Translations under genes and position numbers: made by a program | Assembly (NCBI GenBank): GCA_048013815.1 | Contig: CM106586.1 | Coordinates: forward strand, 15,004,001 to 15,068,000 | DNA: 64,000 bases | Reading direction: 5' to 3' | DNA from: Setoptus koraiensis | Lineage: Eukaryota > Animalia > Arthropoda | In this document: positions 37,285 to 47,889 of the stretch, piece after piece | Layout of the letters: each line of letters opens with the position of its first letter | Position numbering within the stretch: the first letter of the stretch is position 1 | The notes under the pieces: model-generated | Database searches by the model: none | What the model was told of the DNA's origin: nothing | Seen by the model: only the letters and a program-made list of their open reading frames with translations

Positions 37285-37850
37285 GGGTCCCAGTCATTTC
37301 ATCGAAACGAACATTTCATCGAACTAACACTTCTCCTAAAACAGCACTACACCTAAACGCACACTTCATCTACGCTCACTACATCAAACGCACAGTACAT
37401 CTAACTACACTACCTCTAGGATCTGTTTGATTTCATCGATTCACACATGAATATATATTGCGAGGGGGGAATCATGGTCGGTCATGCAGCTTGGGCCCAG
37501 GCCGGAGGAGGGGTTCGGCCTCCAGTCGTCCACGCCTACGGCCTGCGGCCTCCGGCGGGACGACTGACGGCCATCAAACTAAAAAAAGATTCTTCCCGAG
37601 GACTGGGAGTCGAGTGGGCGGGGCCCGCGATCGAGCCGGGTGTACAACAGAATGGGGAAATATTCACGCGCGAATCGATGAAATTAAACATTTCGATAAT
37701 TGCTCGCTGCATCGAGTGTTGTTAAATGAAGTGTCCGTAGTTGGAGTGTATGGTAGTGGGAGTGTGGTTTCGGTGAAATGAGTTTCGATGAAAAATTTAG
37801 GTGAAATGTGCGTTTCGATGTAGTGCTAGAAATCAAAATGACTCCCTACG
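37285..37850. mobile_element. Foldback/Mutator-like non-autonomous element with 9-bp target site duplication
   Basis: tcaagagtg at 37276-37284 and 37851-37859; long imperfect inverted arms of tttcatcgaa subrepeats; inner IR tttcatcgattc..tgaatat; GC-rich core. Confidence 0.72.
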
Positions 37851-38074
37851 TCAAGAGTGCAATACACAAACAGATGTCTGTTCATTCGTTCCATTATGAT
37901 TCATGCTCCTCTTCGTCTAACCGGCGTGAGTGGTGTAGTGAGCACTACTACATGTATTAGATGATGAGGGGGGGGGGAGTTCGGAAAATCGCTGTGCCCG
38001 CTGTCAATTCAAATTTATGAAAATTGGTGGAAAAATTGATTTGGTAGACAATTTTACAGTAGTTTTTGTAGTCT

Positions 38075-38664
38075 ACAATGCATTTCGCAACCAAATTAAC
38101 GATGATTTGCGTTATTTCAATTGTTGATTTCTCTGGTCTTGTATCGTGTTATAACTTCAGCATGGAAAATACCAACCGGAAATGTCGAAACTGCGACAAT
38201 CGCCCCGAAAGCTCGTCTTATACTCGAATACTGGATCAGTTCTCAATCATTTACACTCGGGCCTTTCCAGCTTCCTCATCATGAACGATTTCTTCGTTGC
38301 AAATCTCATTCCTTTGAGCACCAACTTCAATATGAATAGAGATATAAATAGTTTGTTGTGTATTCAACTTGTTGTCGCAATGTAAGCAGAACAAATGTAA
38401 CGAACTCATGATATAATGGGTGTTAGTACCACTGAATCGTGACTATTCACTTGCTGGCAGCTTCAGAAACGAGGATTGAATTTAACTTACTCTGACTAAC
38501 CAAATAGATGCAATCTTGAGTTTAGCTAATCATTTCCCCTCTTCAAATAGTGCCTCAATGAAGTTCGTTGATGATGTCACTCATCACGCTTACAAATGAT
38601 CTTTCATTTATCTGTAGCGATAAAAAAAGCAATGACATGTATCTATTTTCATCGAACCTGATAT
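38075..38664 (-). pseudogene. Segment B (copy of 33055-33647), probable EMC1-derived relic, downstream part
   Basis: Roughly 90% identical to 33055-33647; reads VEYTTNYLYLYSY* then (frameshift) AQRNEICNEEI, like EMC1 HSENWLAYSYF..RRTEITTIEL. Confidence 0.5.
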
Positions 38665-38847
38665 CACATGATTACGTGACAGTACATTTAAACTTTCGAT
38701 CACAAATTCTAGAGACTCACTCATTGCTAAAATAATCCGATGGTGTGCGGCGAAAATGACCCAATCAACTGATATCCAAATGCAAGTGATCAAAGTGATG
38801 AATGTCATAAATGTTTGCTCGAATGAGTACGCAATAGAAACCCTAAA

Positions 38848-39543
38848 ATGACTATTCGCGGATCGTCCTCTATTCCGTCAATTCTCGAGCGCGCAATCAT
38901 ACATAGAGGATTGTTCCACTCTGCAAAATTAATTATTGCCATCTTTTTGGCCAACAACCTAATTATTTTGGCTGAATCAGGAAAATTCAAAGAACAGCAG
39001 CTATTCGACATTGATAGCAGTAAAAATAGTATCGAGAGATGGTACAAAGAAAGAGAGAGCTACTACTTATATTCTATCAATCGAAGGCCTAATCAGTTGA
39101 ATGTGAAGTACGATATAAGATCAGAACTCCATCTGAATAGGCTTATGGATGGCCTACAGATCATCAACTCGGAATATCGTTCGAGGTTACAAAGGTTTTT
39201 GACGGAAACTCAGGATTATCTTAAATTATGCTGCAATAAAAGATATTCATTCAAAGAATTGAGCAAACAGCGCGAAATAATTATCGAGAGGGCGCGAGTT
39301 AAATCTTTGGAACAACAGATGAAATCACACAAGAAACAAATAGATGATGGAGTTGACCAGTGTGTTGTTTCAGTTTATCTGACCATAAAAGAGGCAAAAG
39401 ATTTCGCATTACGATCTAAACCCGAGAAACAGTTCAGAAACATTTCGCAATTGATAGCCAAGATTCAAGCACTAAAATCAATTATTTTAATCGAGATTAT
39501 CAAGATGAGCGGAGAGAAGGATGTCCATAATTTAGAAGTGTGA
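38848..39543 (+). CDS. Uncharacterised helical protein with N-terminal hydrophobic segment
   Basis: 231-codon complex ORF in AT-rich DNA; AKLIIAIFLANNLIILAES hydrophobic stretch; possible extra small exon near 39619-39642; no family recognised. Confidence 0.55.
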   Translation: MTIRGSSSIPSILERAIIHRGLFHSAKLIIAIFLANNLIILAESGKFKEQQLFDIDSSKNSIERWYKERESYYLYSINRRPNQLNVKYDIRSELHLNRLMDGLQIINSEYRSRLQRFLTETQDYLKLCCNKRYSFKELSKQREIIIERARVKSLEQQMKSHKKQIDDGVDQCVVSVYLTIKEAKDFALRSKPEKQFRNISQLIAKIQALKSIILIEIIKMSGEKDVHNLEV

Positions 39544-40239
39544 CTATTTGTCATGTCATGCGATTCTGGAACGGTCTCTGACAAAAGGAATCGGACAATT
39601 GGCAGTTTTTACTTGCAGGCATTCTTCAAATCGGATCAGATAGTAAGTTTTTGGACCAGATTTCAAAATTGAAGCCTCCGTTTTGTTACTGATTTTCGCC
39701 AGTATTCGAAATTACAGGCGTCTCCGTCGCATTGTTAATATAAAATTTTGATACGAAAATTGTCGATTCGCATAAAATTGTTGCATGGTATATAGATAGA
39801 TATTTCATTCGTCTCGTTATAGGAAACGAGTCGAATGTGGGGTACTAATGTGGAAACGAACGAGCCTCATGCGAATCATTGACGTTCTTGTCATCTCTCA
39901 ACGATAATTATCAGCTTCTCTCAATAGATATAATTCAACTAGTTATATACAACTTGGCGAGATGAGTGCAGCAAAATCATAAATTACTATTGATCGACTT
40001 TTTCCAATTTCAAATACGTCATATACATGTGTAGTGCATTGAAACCTCGTGATCTTCTGGAAGACCTACGCCTACAGTCCTCTGAATGCAAATTGAGCAC
40101 TGATATATCTTCTGATTACTGTACTGTCTAATAGCGCAGTACAAACCCTAACTGGGTCATCTCTTCGGAATTTGTATTCATCTGCTGTTATCGCGCAATA
40201 AAGTGAATATCTACATCTTTATCTATTGCGATAACTATA

Positions 40240-40969
40240 TACATCTGGTCGGATATCTGGCCCAAAAGCTTGTTATCTAATCTATTTTGAAGAATAAATA
40301 AAGAGCAAATAAAAAGCGTTCACACGCCAATCATTCTGGCAATTGTCCGATTTTTTTTGTATAAGACCCCCCCCCCCCCGGAATGGTCCCTCTCCAGTCA
40401 ATGGAAACACAATAAATAGTAGTGTCACTCCTAACATTTTCAGTGTCAACCTAGACACAATAATCGCGTCCCTGTTGACATGAACATATTCACTCTTTGT
40501 TACTGACCGCGTACACAATTGGTGAGTGGGTCACTAACTAAGAAAAATGTACCTACCGAGAAGGCGATATTCAATAGTGCCTGAATGGCAAACGAAAAAC
40601 TAAATAGATGAGCTGCTCATGATTGAAATGATGTGGAGGCCATCTCTTTCATGGCTAGCTCTAATATTATCTCTTTGCTCCCCATATGCCATCAGAATCG
40701 ATGCATGGTCTGACAGCGAATCAACCAACATCGGCAGGCACCGACAAACCAAGTCAGATCTTAATGCATGCCCTATCGATAGTTTTCTGTCCTTGATTCT
40801 TGTGCTCTGAGTGAATGCACCCAGTTGATGAAGTATAATCTACGTCTATGAGCTCATACTTGTCGAATGTCTTCTCGACGCTGTGAGTATTTGTTTCTAT
40901 CGGCCGTTTCGATGTATCTTCGGTCAGTCAATTCCACCTTTCTCACAGCAACTCTCTAGCTCTGATCAT
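40240..40969 (-). pseudogene. Full-length EMG1/NEP1 pseudogene (relic 4) head-to-head with IARS2
   Basis: Starts atgatcagagct (NEP1: atgatcaaagcc); DTSKRPI..VEKTFDKYELI and RSDLVCRCLPMLVDSLSDHA align with NEP1; aaatcggacaa and gctttt near the 3' end are shared; frameshifts and stops. Confidence 0.8.
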
Positions 40970-41406
40970 TCTCCTGGCTGGTTTGGATGCCTTGCATAGA
41001 AAACACCACTACAGACGAGTAGAATTTCAACGGATATAAACAAATGCTAATAAACATGAAAATGATAATAATTAAGTGAACAAATATTTTGACTTTCGTA
41101 AATAGGCCTCACCAAATATGATGACCACGTGCCAGGGAATTCCCAACACAAAGAATGAATAACGAAGGCATGAGTTTGTGCGCCACTCGCATGTCGAGCG
41201 CACATGTGATTGGACGCGAAACTAAAATAAATGCAACAAAAGCGAAAACAATCTATGCAAACGATATCTTCAATCGTCTTATCTCATCTATAATTGGTCT
41301 ATATTTACATAATTTAATCTGATGAAATGGTCTTCTATAAAACAGGATTAGTTGTTGGTATGTAAGAATAATATATACAATTTTGGACCAATTATAATAA
41401 GCGAGA
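40970..41406. promoter_or_regulatory. Duplicated EMG1-MRPL14 bidirectional promoter, now upstream of IARS2
   Basis: Colinear homology with 7438-7881 along its length, with an identical 34-bp core. Confidence 0.8.
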
Positions 41407-44400
41407 ATGTTCAATACACAAACGAGGTCACAGATATTTAAATTGACCAGATTGAGAGTTGTCGACAACAACAGTGCCATTAGGAAGGAGGCTTTATTAA
41501 CATTGAGGCCAATCAGATGTTCCAGTAAAAGTAACGCGTCTGGAACTGTTTTTATACCTAAGTCTAGTTTTCCCGTTCGCCATGACCCTCGGCTCGAGGC
41601 CGCTACACAAGACGACCCGAACTTTGCTGGCACATACCTTAACCAAGATCCAACGCGGAAGCTTTACATGATCCACGACGGTCCGCCTTATGCTAATGGA
41701 CAAATACATTTTGGTCACGCAATTAATAAGATCCTCAAAGATATAGCGGCTCGGTATGCTATGATATCTGGGCACAAAGTTGAATTTATTGCCGGCTGGG
41801 ACTGTCACGGCCTCCCGATAGAGACGCAAGTTCTAGCATCTGAAGAAAATTTATTTAATCAGCCGGCTGATGCAAGAAACAACCCCGAACAATTTCGTAT
41901 AGCTGCCAGAACTTATGCCAGATCACAGATAGACAAACAAATGAGCTCTTTCAAGCGTATAGGTTTACTTACCGACTGGAACAAACGCTATACAACAGAT
42001 GACCCGTCCTATGTTGCCAATCAAATGAGGGCATTTTTGCAATTATATAAATCTGGTCTGATCTACAAAAAATTACAACCGGTTCAATGGTCTTTAACTA
42101 ATCAAACGACGGTAGCTGACGCTGACATAGAATATAGAGAAAATCACGTCTCTATGAGTGCCTATGTTCAATTTGATATCATTGAAGCACCTTTTTTAGC
42201 ATCTCAAACAAAACCCGTCAGAGCTCTTATATGGACAACTACTCCTTGGACATTAATAGAAAATCAGGCTATCGCTTACAATAAGGATGCGAGCTACAGC
42301 ATTGTTAGTTTAAACAAACCGAATAAACAAGAAGGAGATATTTTTCTGGTATCAGAACAATCATTACAACACTTGAAGGAAGTGTTGGAACCCCTCGGCT
42401 ATGCAATACAGCATCAAGTTCAGATACCTGGAAAATCATTAAAAGGCGCTAAATATAGATCGTTGGATGGAAATAATGTGCTTCAATTCATTCGGACAGA
42501 TTTTGTTGACTGTGCCAAAGGAACAGGTCTGGTCCATCTGGCAGCGAACTACGGATACGATGATTATAACGCAATAATTAAAAATGGATTCGCTACACAA
42601 AAACCTTTAGTAAATAACACAGGACACTACACCGAAGAAGCTTGGGAGGGTTTACAAGGCAAGCACATATTAACTGATGGTACTGAGGAGATACTCAAAA
42701 TCCTGGAAGCATCTATAGTTCACAAGCTTCCTATAGAGCATAGTTATCCTTATGAGATTCGATCTGGTAAACCCATCATAACTAAAACAAGTCAACAAAT
42801 GTTCCTAGCTACTGAAACGCTTGTCCCTAAGTGCTTAAAAGTTCTTGATGATATATCATTCTACCCAGAGAATAGGAAAAAACATCTGATAAATTGTCTT
42901 ATGACACGCCCAAACTGGTGTATATCTCGACAAAGGCTCTGGGGAACACCAATACCTGTCCTTTACCACAAAGATGATGAAGATCATTCTAATATTATTA
43001 TCAGTAAAGAGCTCATTGAACATTATTGTAAATTAGTTTACAAGCTGAGATTCATTGACTATTGGTGGACGTTGCCGCAGGAACAGCTTGTGCCTCAGGA
43101 AATTCTAGACAAAAGTAAGCTGAAATATCAATCAAATGAGCTTGTTAGAGGCACAGATATATTTGACGTATGGGTTGATAGTGGCCTAAGTTGGCTAACA
43201 ACTACCTTAGATCTCAACAAGGACCAGCGCAAAGCTGACTTGTATCTTGAGGGCTATGACCAGACTAGAGGATGGTTCCAAGCATCATTATTGTTGAGTA
43301 TGGCTATGAGAGGTTGTGCACCTACGAAAAGGATACATATGCATGGTTTTTCACTGGACAAAAACGGCATGAAGATGTCGAAATCTAAAGGAAATGTGAT
43401 AGATCCAATCAAATTATTCGAGGCCTATGGAGTTGATCCAGTGAGATTATGGACCGCTCGTAATGCAGGTGATCATACCGATGTGCTTATAGATGAGAAG
43501 ACTCTGAAGAATACGTCTGAATTAGTTATAACCAAGATTCGTAATACACTTAGATATATAATTGGATCACTGAAAGATTTTCAACCTGAAGTTAATACGA
43601 TCGACTTTAAGGATTTGGCAACTTTTGACCTTTATTTCTTAAATAGGATCTGCCGATATGCAACTTCTGTCAACAATGATTACAAATATCATAGATTTGG
43701 CAGCGCGGCAGACAGCAATGTACAATTTATAAAGAACGAAGTATCTCGAGTCTACATTGAAGCGATCAAGGACATTCTATACTGTGATAACTTGAACTCT
43801 CATCGACGTCGCTCATGCCAGACGGTTTTATATATTCTATACAATGCCATTATCCGTTGTCTGTACCCCGTAACACCTCATATTGTTCATGAGGCTTGTC
43901 AACATCTGCAGCCAAATCAACCTGTAACTGAATGGCAGGATCTAGGATACAGAGCTGAATGGGATAATGATGCTTTGGACAATCAGATCGGCATGATAAT
44001 GAAATGTCGGAAGGCCGTCATGCACAACCTTGGAACTAGCTTTATTAAGTTGAAAAATCGAGATGCCATTCTGGTTCTCAAAGACAGAAAGATGTTCAAA
44101 CAATTGGAGAAAGTGTGTGAACAAGAAAACAATATATTCTCTGAACTGTTTGGGTCGTCCTCATTCATATTAGGATGTAAGGAGGATCTTAAGCCCCCGG
44201 ATGGTTATATAGCTCTGCATGAAAATATAGAGGAAAATGCCAAGGTGGATAGTGCAGAAAAGAGTGAGAATACTAAAGAACAAGTGACATCAAGCCAAAC
44301 TTCACTCTGGAGGAGAGACAGTGGCAGTAGTGTAATTATTGGAGGGAATGTTGCAAGTGATGATGATTCAGATCCTATTATATTCGAATTAGAATATGCA

Positions 44401-44532
44401 CTAACTCAAAATACAAAATGCACTAGGTGTAGGCGTCATGTGGTAACGGTGACTAATATAGAAGGCGAACACATATGCTTCAGGTGCGACGATATTATGC
44501 GAAATTATCAAGTTGGGGTGGTTACGCAATAA
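41407..44532 (+). CDS. IARS2: Mitochondrial isoleucyl-tRNA synthetase with MRPL14-derived N-terminus (chimeric, intronless)
   Basis: HDGPPYANGQIHFGH (HIGH), GWDCHGLPIE, WTTTPWT, WCISRQRLWGTPIP, KMSKS, C-terminal CxxC..CxxC; residues 1-38 align to MRPL14 1-37. Confidence 0.95.
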   Translation: MFNTQTRSQIFKLTRLRVVDNNSAIRKEALLTLRPIRCSSKSNASGTVFIPKSSFPVRHDPRLEAATQDDPNFAGTYLNQDPTRKLYMIHDGPPYANGQIHFGHAINKILKDIAARYAMISGHKVEFIAGWDCHGLPIETQVLASEENLFNQPADARNNPEQFRIAARTYARSQIDKQMSSFKRIGLLTDWNKRYTTDDPSYVANQMRAFLQLYKSGLIYKKLQPVQWSLTNQTTVADADIEYRENHVSMSAYVQFDIIEAPFLASQTKPVRALIWTTTPWTLIENQAIAYNKDASYSIVSLNKPNKQEGDIFLVSEQSLQHLKEVLEPLGYAIQHQVQIPGKSLKGAKYRSLDGNNVLQFIRTDFVDCAKGTGLVHLAANYGYDDYNAIIKNGFATQKPLVNNTGHYTEEAWEGLQGKHILTDGTEEILKILEASIVHKLPIEHSYPYEIRSGKPIITKTSQQMFLATETLVPKCLKVLDDISFYPENRKKHLINCLMTRPNWCISRQRLWGTPIPVLYHKDDEDHSNIIISKELIEHYCKLVYKLRFIDYWWTLPQEQLVPQEILDKSKLKYQSNELVRGTDIFDVWVDSGLSWLTTTLDLNKDQRKADLYLEGYDQTRGWFQASLLLSMAMRGCAPTKRIHMHGFSLDKNGMKMSKSKGNVIDPIKLFEAYGVDPVRLWTARNAGDHTDVLIDEKTLKNTSELVITKIRNTLRYIIGSLKDFQPEVNTIDFKDLATFDLYFLNRICRYATSVNNDYKYHRFGSAADSNVQFIKNEVSRVYIEAIKDILYCDNLNSHRRRSCQTVLYILYNAIIRCLYPVTPHIVHEACQHLQPNQPVTEWQDLGYRAEWDNDALDNQIGMIMKCRKAVMHNLGTSFIKLKNRDAILVLKDRKMFKQLEKVCEQENNIFSELFGSSSFILGCKEDLKPPDGYIALHENIEENAKVDSAEKSENTKEQVTSSQTSLWRRDSGSSVIIGGNVASDDDSDPIIFELEYALTQNTKCTRCRRHVVTVTNIEGEHICFRCDDIMRNYQVGVVTQ

Positions 44533-45758
44533 TGTTTTTGCAACAAAGAAGAATAGTTGCGGTGTTTGTTGATTTTTGCTACCTTACGATAATAGATTTC
44601 TATTGTTTACATTTCTATACAGTAGTAAACGAGCATGATCTTTGTTAAAATCTTCGAAATTAATTTAATAAGTTTGGAAAAGTTGGTTCCTTCATAAGCT
44701 CAAATCCAATCTGATTTCTGGTGTTTCATGTTTTCTTAGCCTCACCGAAGATTGCAATACATAACTCCTATAATTACTTAGTCCCATCTGCAGCTAGAAT
44801 TACCGTTGCTAACTAGAATTTTCATTCGTACTCACCTCAAGAGTGTTCTAGAACTAAATTATTGCAGATGTCTATAACTAGCCTATAAATCTCTCGGTGT
44901 TACATCATCTAATTCGTTATACCATGACGCAAAAATCATTAGTTCTGATTCATTACAACAGAGAGATAAGCAGTAAACAATAATTTCGCCGAGCTATCAT
45001 AAAGTTGAGTCACGCATATTAAACAACCTGGAAAGTTCCAGCCTGAATGAGCACTGTTCACTATGATTGGATTTGCTTTTGAATAGTAAACAAATGGTTT
45101 ATTAAACAAAAACGACACTAAATAATCAATGAATTATTTAGCTTAAATCCAAATTCAAGGTGGATATGATTACACTCTCGCTGAGTCAGTGATGGCTTGA
45201 ACGGGATTTTCATCTGATATGCTCCTAAACTGTAACACTTTGTGCTCCATAATCTATAAGGAATTTCGGGCATTGAAAGTTCACGAAAGTAACAAGATTA
45301 TTCCCCAACTCGCTTCCTGGCTATCATTCCTACTTTGTCTCTGTTTGCTGAGAGGGAAAACTCAACCAACACAATAGACGCGTTACGTAATTCCTTTTAT
45401 AAATATATTTGACTGACTGTTGTAATGATCAGTTGTGAACTCGTCACCAAAAAGGTAAGCTGAACATCGGTTGCCCTAAAAACTAATCGACTGTCGGTAA
45501 CTATTTTTAGTACTTTAGAGACATGTGTGTCTTGTTTTCATGAGACACTCGTTAATATAAAGCAACTGTTTCCTATCTACCTGATCTTCTTACCCAAAGC
45601 ATAATATTTGGATTCAATGTCGATAAAGAAGAAGCACTCAACTACTAGAGCTAATTCATTCACACAGGCGAAATACAAACATTGATTATACAAGAAGTCA
45701 AAGCCAAGCAATTAATTTACCATCATTCCTGGCGATTATTTAGACGAAACGCCACAGA

Positions 45759-47523
45759 ATGGCCAACTATACTCAACTTGGTATTATAATCCTTCTGGCC
45801 ACAGGTAAATCTCACAGATAGCGCTCTCTTCGTGTCTAGGCTACAAGTGAGATGAGAAGCATTCAATCTTCAATAATGAACGATTGTCGGGAATAGCAAT
45901 CATAATTAATCAAATCTTTCTTTCAGGTTTCGTTATCAATGCTCAACCCAGCTTTTTTGATGTTAATGTGGCTGAAATGAATGGCATTCGCATGGTATCA
46001 ACAAGTGACAACAATTACGCTATCACTGACCCTAACTTCTCCCTAAACTGGCGCACGTAAGTTACTTGAGGTTACATGATCTGTTATATTTTGTTATAAT
46101 GTCTATGACTCGCGACTTATCTCACCCCATTCTTTGCCCACGATAGTGTGTCAGTTAATGGCGATGACGTTATAATCGCAACCAGAGACAATAATATCCT
46201 AACGAAGAAACTTTCAACGATGAGCGAAATAGAGCGAAATGAGCTGTCCAAGAGCAAAAATCAAGTAGCACAAGTAATACAGTACAATGGCATGTTCAAT
46301 GATGGTAGCGGCAGTTACAGTAGCTCAATAAACATAAACAACGGAAACATTGGTAATCAACATGCTAAATACACAACTTATACTAGTTCCGGTAGCCATA
46401 TGTCTTCATCGTCATCATCATCATCATCGCTCGGCGGAAATAATCAAATGAGTTACACGCTGAACGATATTTCATTTTCCATGAGTGGCGACAATGATTT
46501 TGCCATCCTCAAGAAAGACAAGATGCCGTTCAATTGGTCAAGGTAGGTGATCCCACCAAGTAGAAAATTCAATCGTTCATCCTGATATCTTGTCAAATCA
46601 CCTAAACTTGGTTATCGTTTCCTTCTACTGTTATTGCATCCAGAGTTTTTGTTAATGGCGACTTGCTGACAATAGTTTTGAGTAACGGTCAAGTCTATAT
46701 GAAACCCATGGCTGTAGCAAGTCAGGAGGAGATAAAGCAGTTGGATATCCTGCGAAACGAACTCAAGGCGGTTGCTCAAGTGCAACAGCAACAATTTAGC
46801 CAAACAATGCAAAACTCGATGAACATGATGCAAAACATTATGGGTAATACATTTCAACCAAACTATCAGGCATATACGAATGCAGCCCATTTACCATACC
46901 AAACGAATCCCTTTGTCCCAATGAATTCTATGAATTCTTTCAACTCGATGAATCCCCTGAACACCCTCAATCCAATGAATTCTATTAACCAACAACAGTT
47001 GCAGGAACAATATAATCAACAGTTGTTGTATCGACAGCTCTTACAGCAGCAAATTCTTCAGCAACTAAATCAACAATATCTACCGACAATATATCAGCAC
47101 CCGGTCAACAATCAATTAGCCCCCAATGTCCCAACCAATCAATCACCGAATAACATGATAAATAATAATAATATGAGCAATAACCCTTTACCATCAGCCC
47201 AGTATCTTCCATACTCTAGTCCCGCTCCCCGCCCGAACTATCCCGACTATAGACAATCCCAGATACAACCAGATAGAAATTTTCAGCCATCACAACAATA
47301 TTATAACGGGAATGTACCAACTAATTCTTTGCATCAATCGCCCAATCAAAATCACTCAGGTAACTTGTTGGGTCAATTCAATCCTGCGATACCAGCATCA
47401 ACAGGCGGAGGCTTCTCAGGTGGAATGTTCGGCAACACGTTTCCATTCGGACCGGTAAATAGTCCATTCGGTAATGGCTTTCCCTTCAATGGCGCCTCTG
47501 CAGTCGCGATGGCTGGTCGTTGA
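45759..47523 (+). CDS. Secreted protein with an internally duplicated domain and Q/N/P- and FG-rich tail (exons 45759-45804, 45927-46056, 46147-46542, 46644-47523)
   Basis: Signal peptide MANYTQLGIIILLATGFVINA; GT-AG introns in phases 1,2,2 give one open frame; repeats NWRTVSVNGDDVIIATRDNNILTKKL and NWSRVFVNGDLLTIVLSNGQVYMKPM. Confidence 0.8.
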
Positions 47524-47889
47524 ATTATGACTGAACTCTTTGTGAATTAAATCGCATCAAGTAGGAATTATTCCTAATTTGCAAGACTAACTATACCAAA
47601 TGTAATAGTATAAATAGCAAAGTGTCGTTGAACTCAATTGACAAATCATCTCAAATAAAACGCAAATAAGTCTGACAAATCAGTAAATAGCATCAATCGC
47701 AATATCATCAATAGCATTCTAACGTAGTCTCTCGCTTAGCAATGACAAGAGCAATATTCTAACTGGTTCAGCCAGAAATATGCTCAGAGTATTTGACAAA
47801 AGTCTCTTGCCCTATCGAAGCCGTGAGACTGGATTAGATTTACCCCTGTTGCCGCTTCAATCAACTCTTCGGATCTTTAACAGACGCTA

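Noticed and set aside
41407-44532. Horizontal transfer of a bacterial IleRS
   Set aside because: Motifs such as ILKDIAARY, EYRENHVSMSAYVQF and WCISRQRLWGTPIP resemble metazoan IARS2 as I recall it; several neighbouring genes are also intronless, so lack of introns does not indicate HGT or retroposition.
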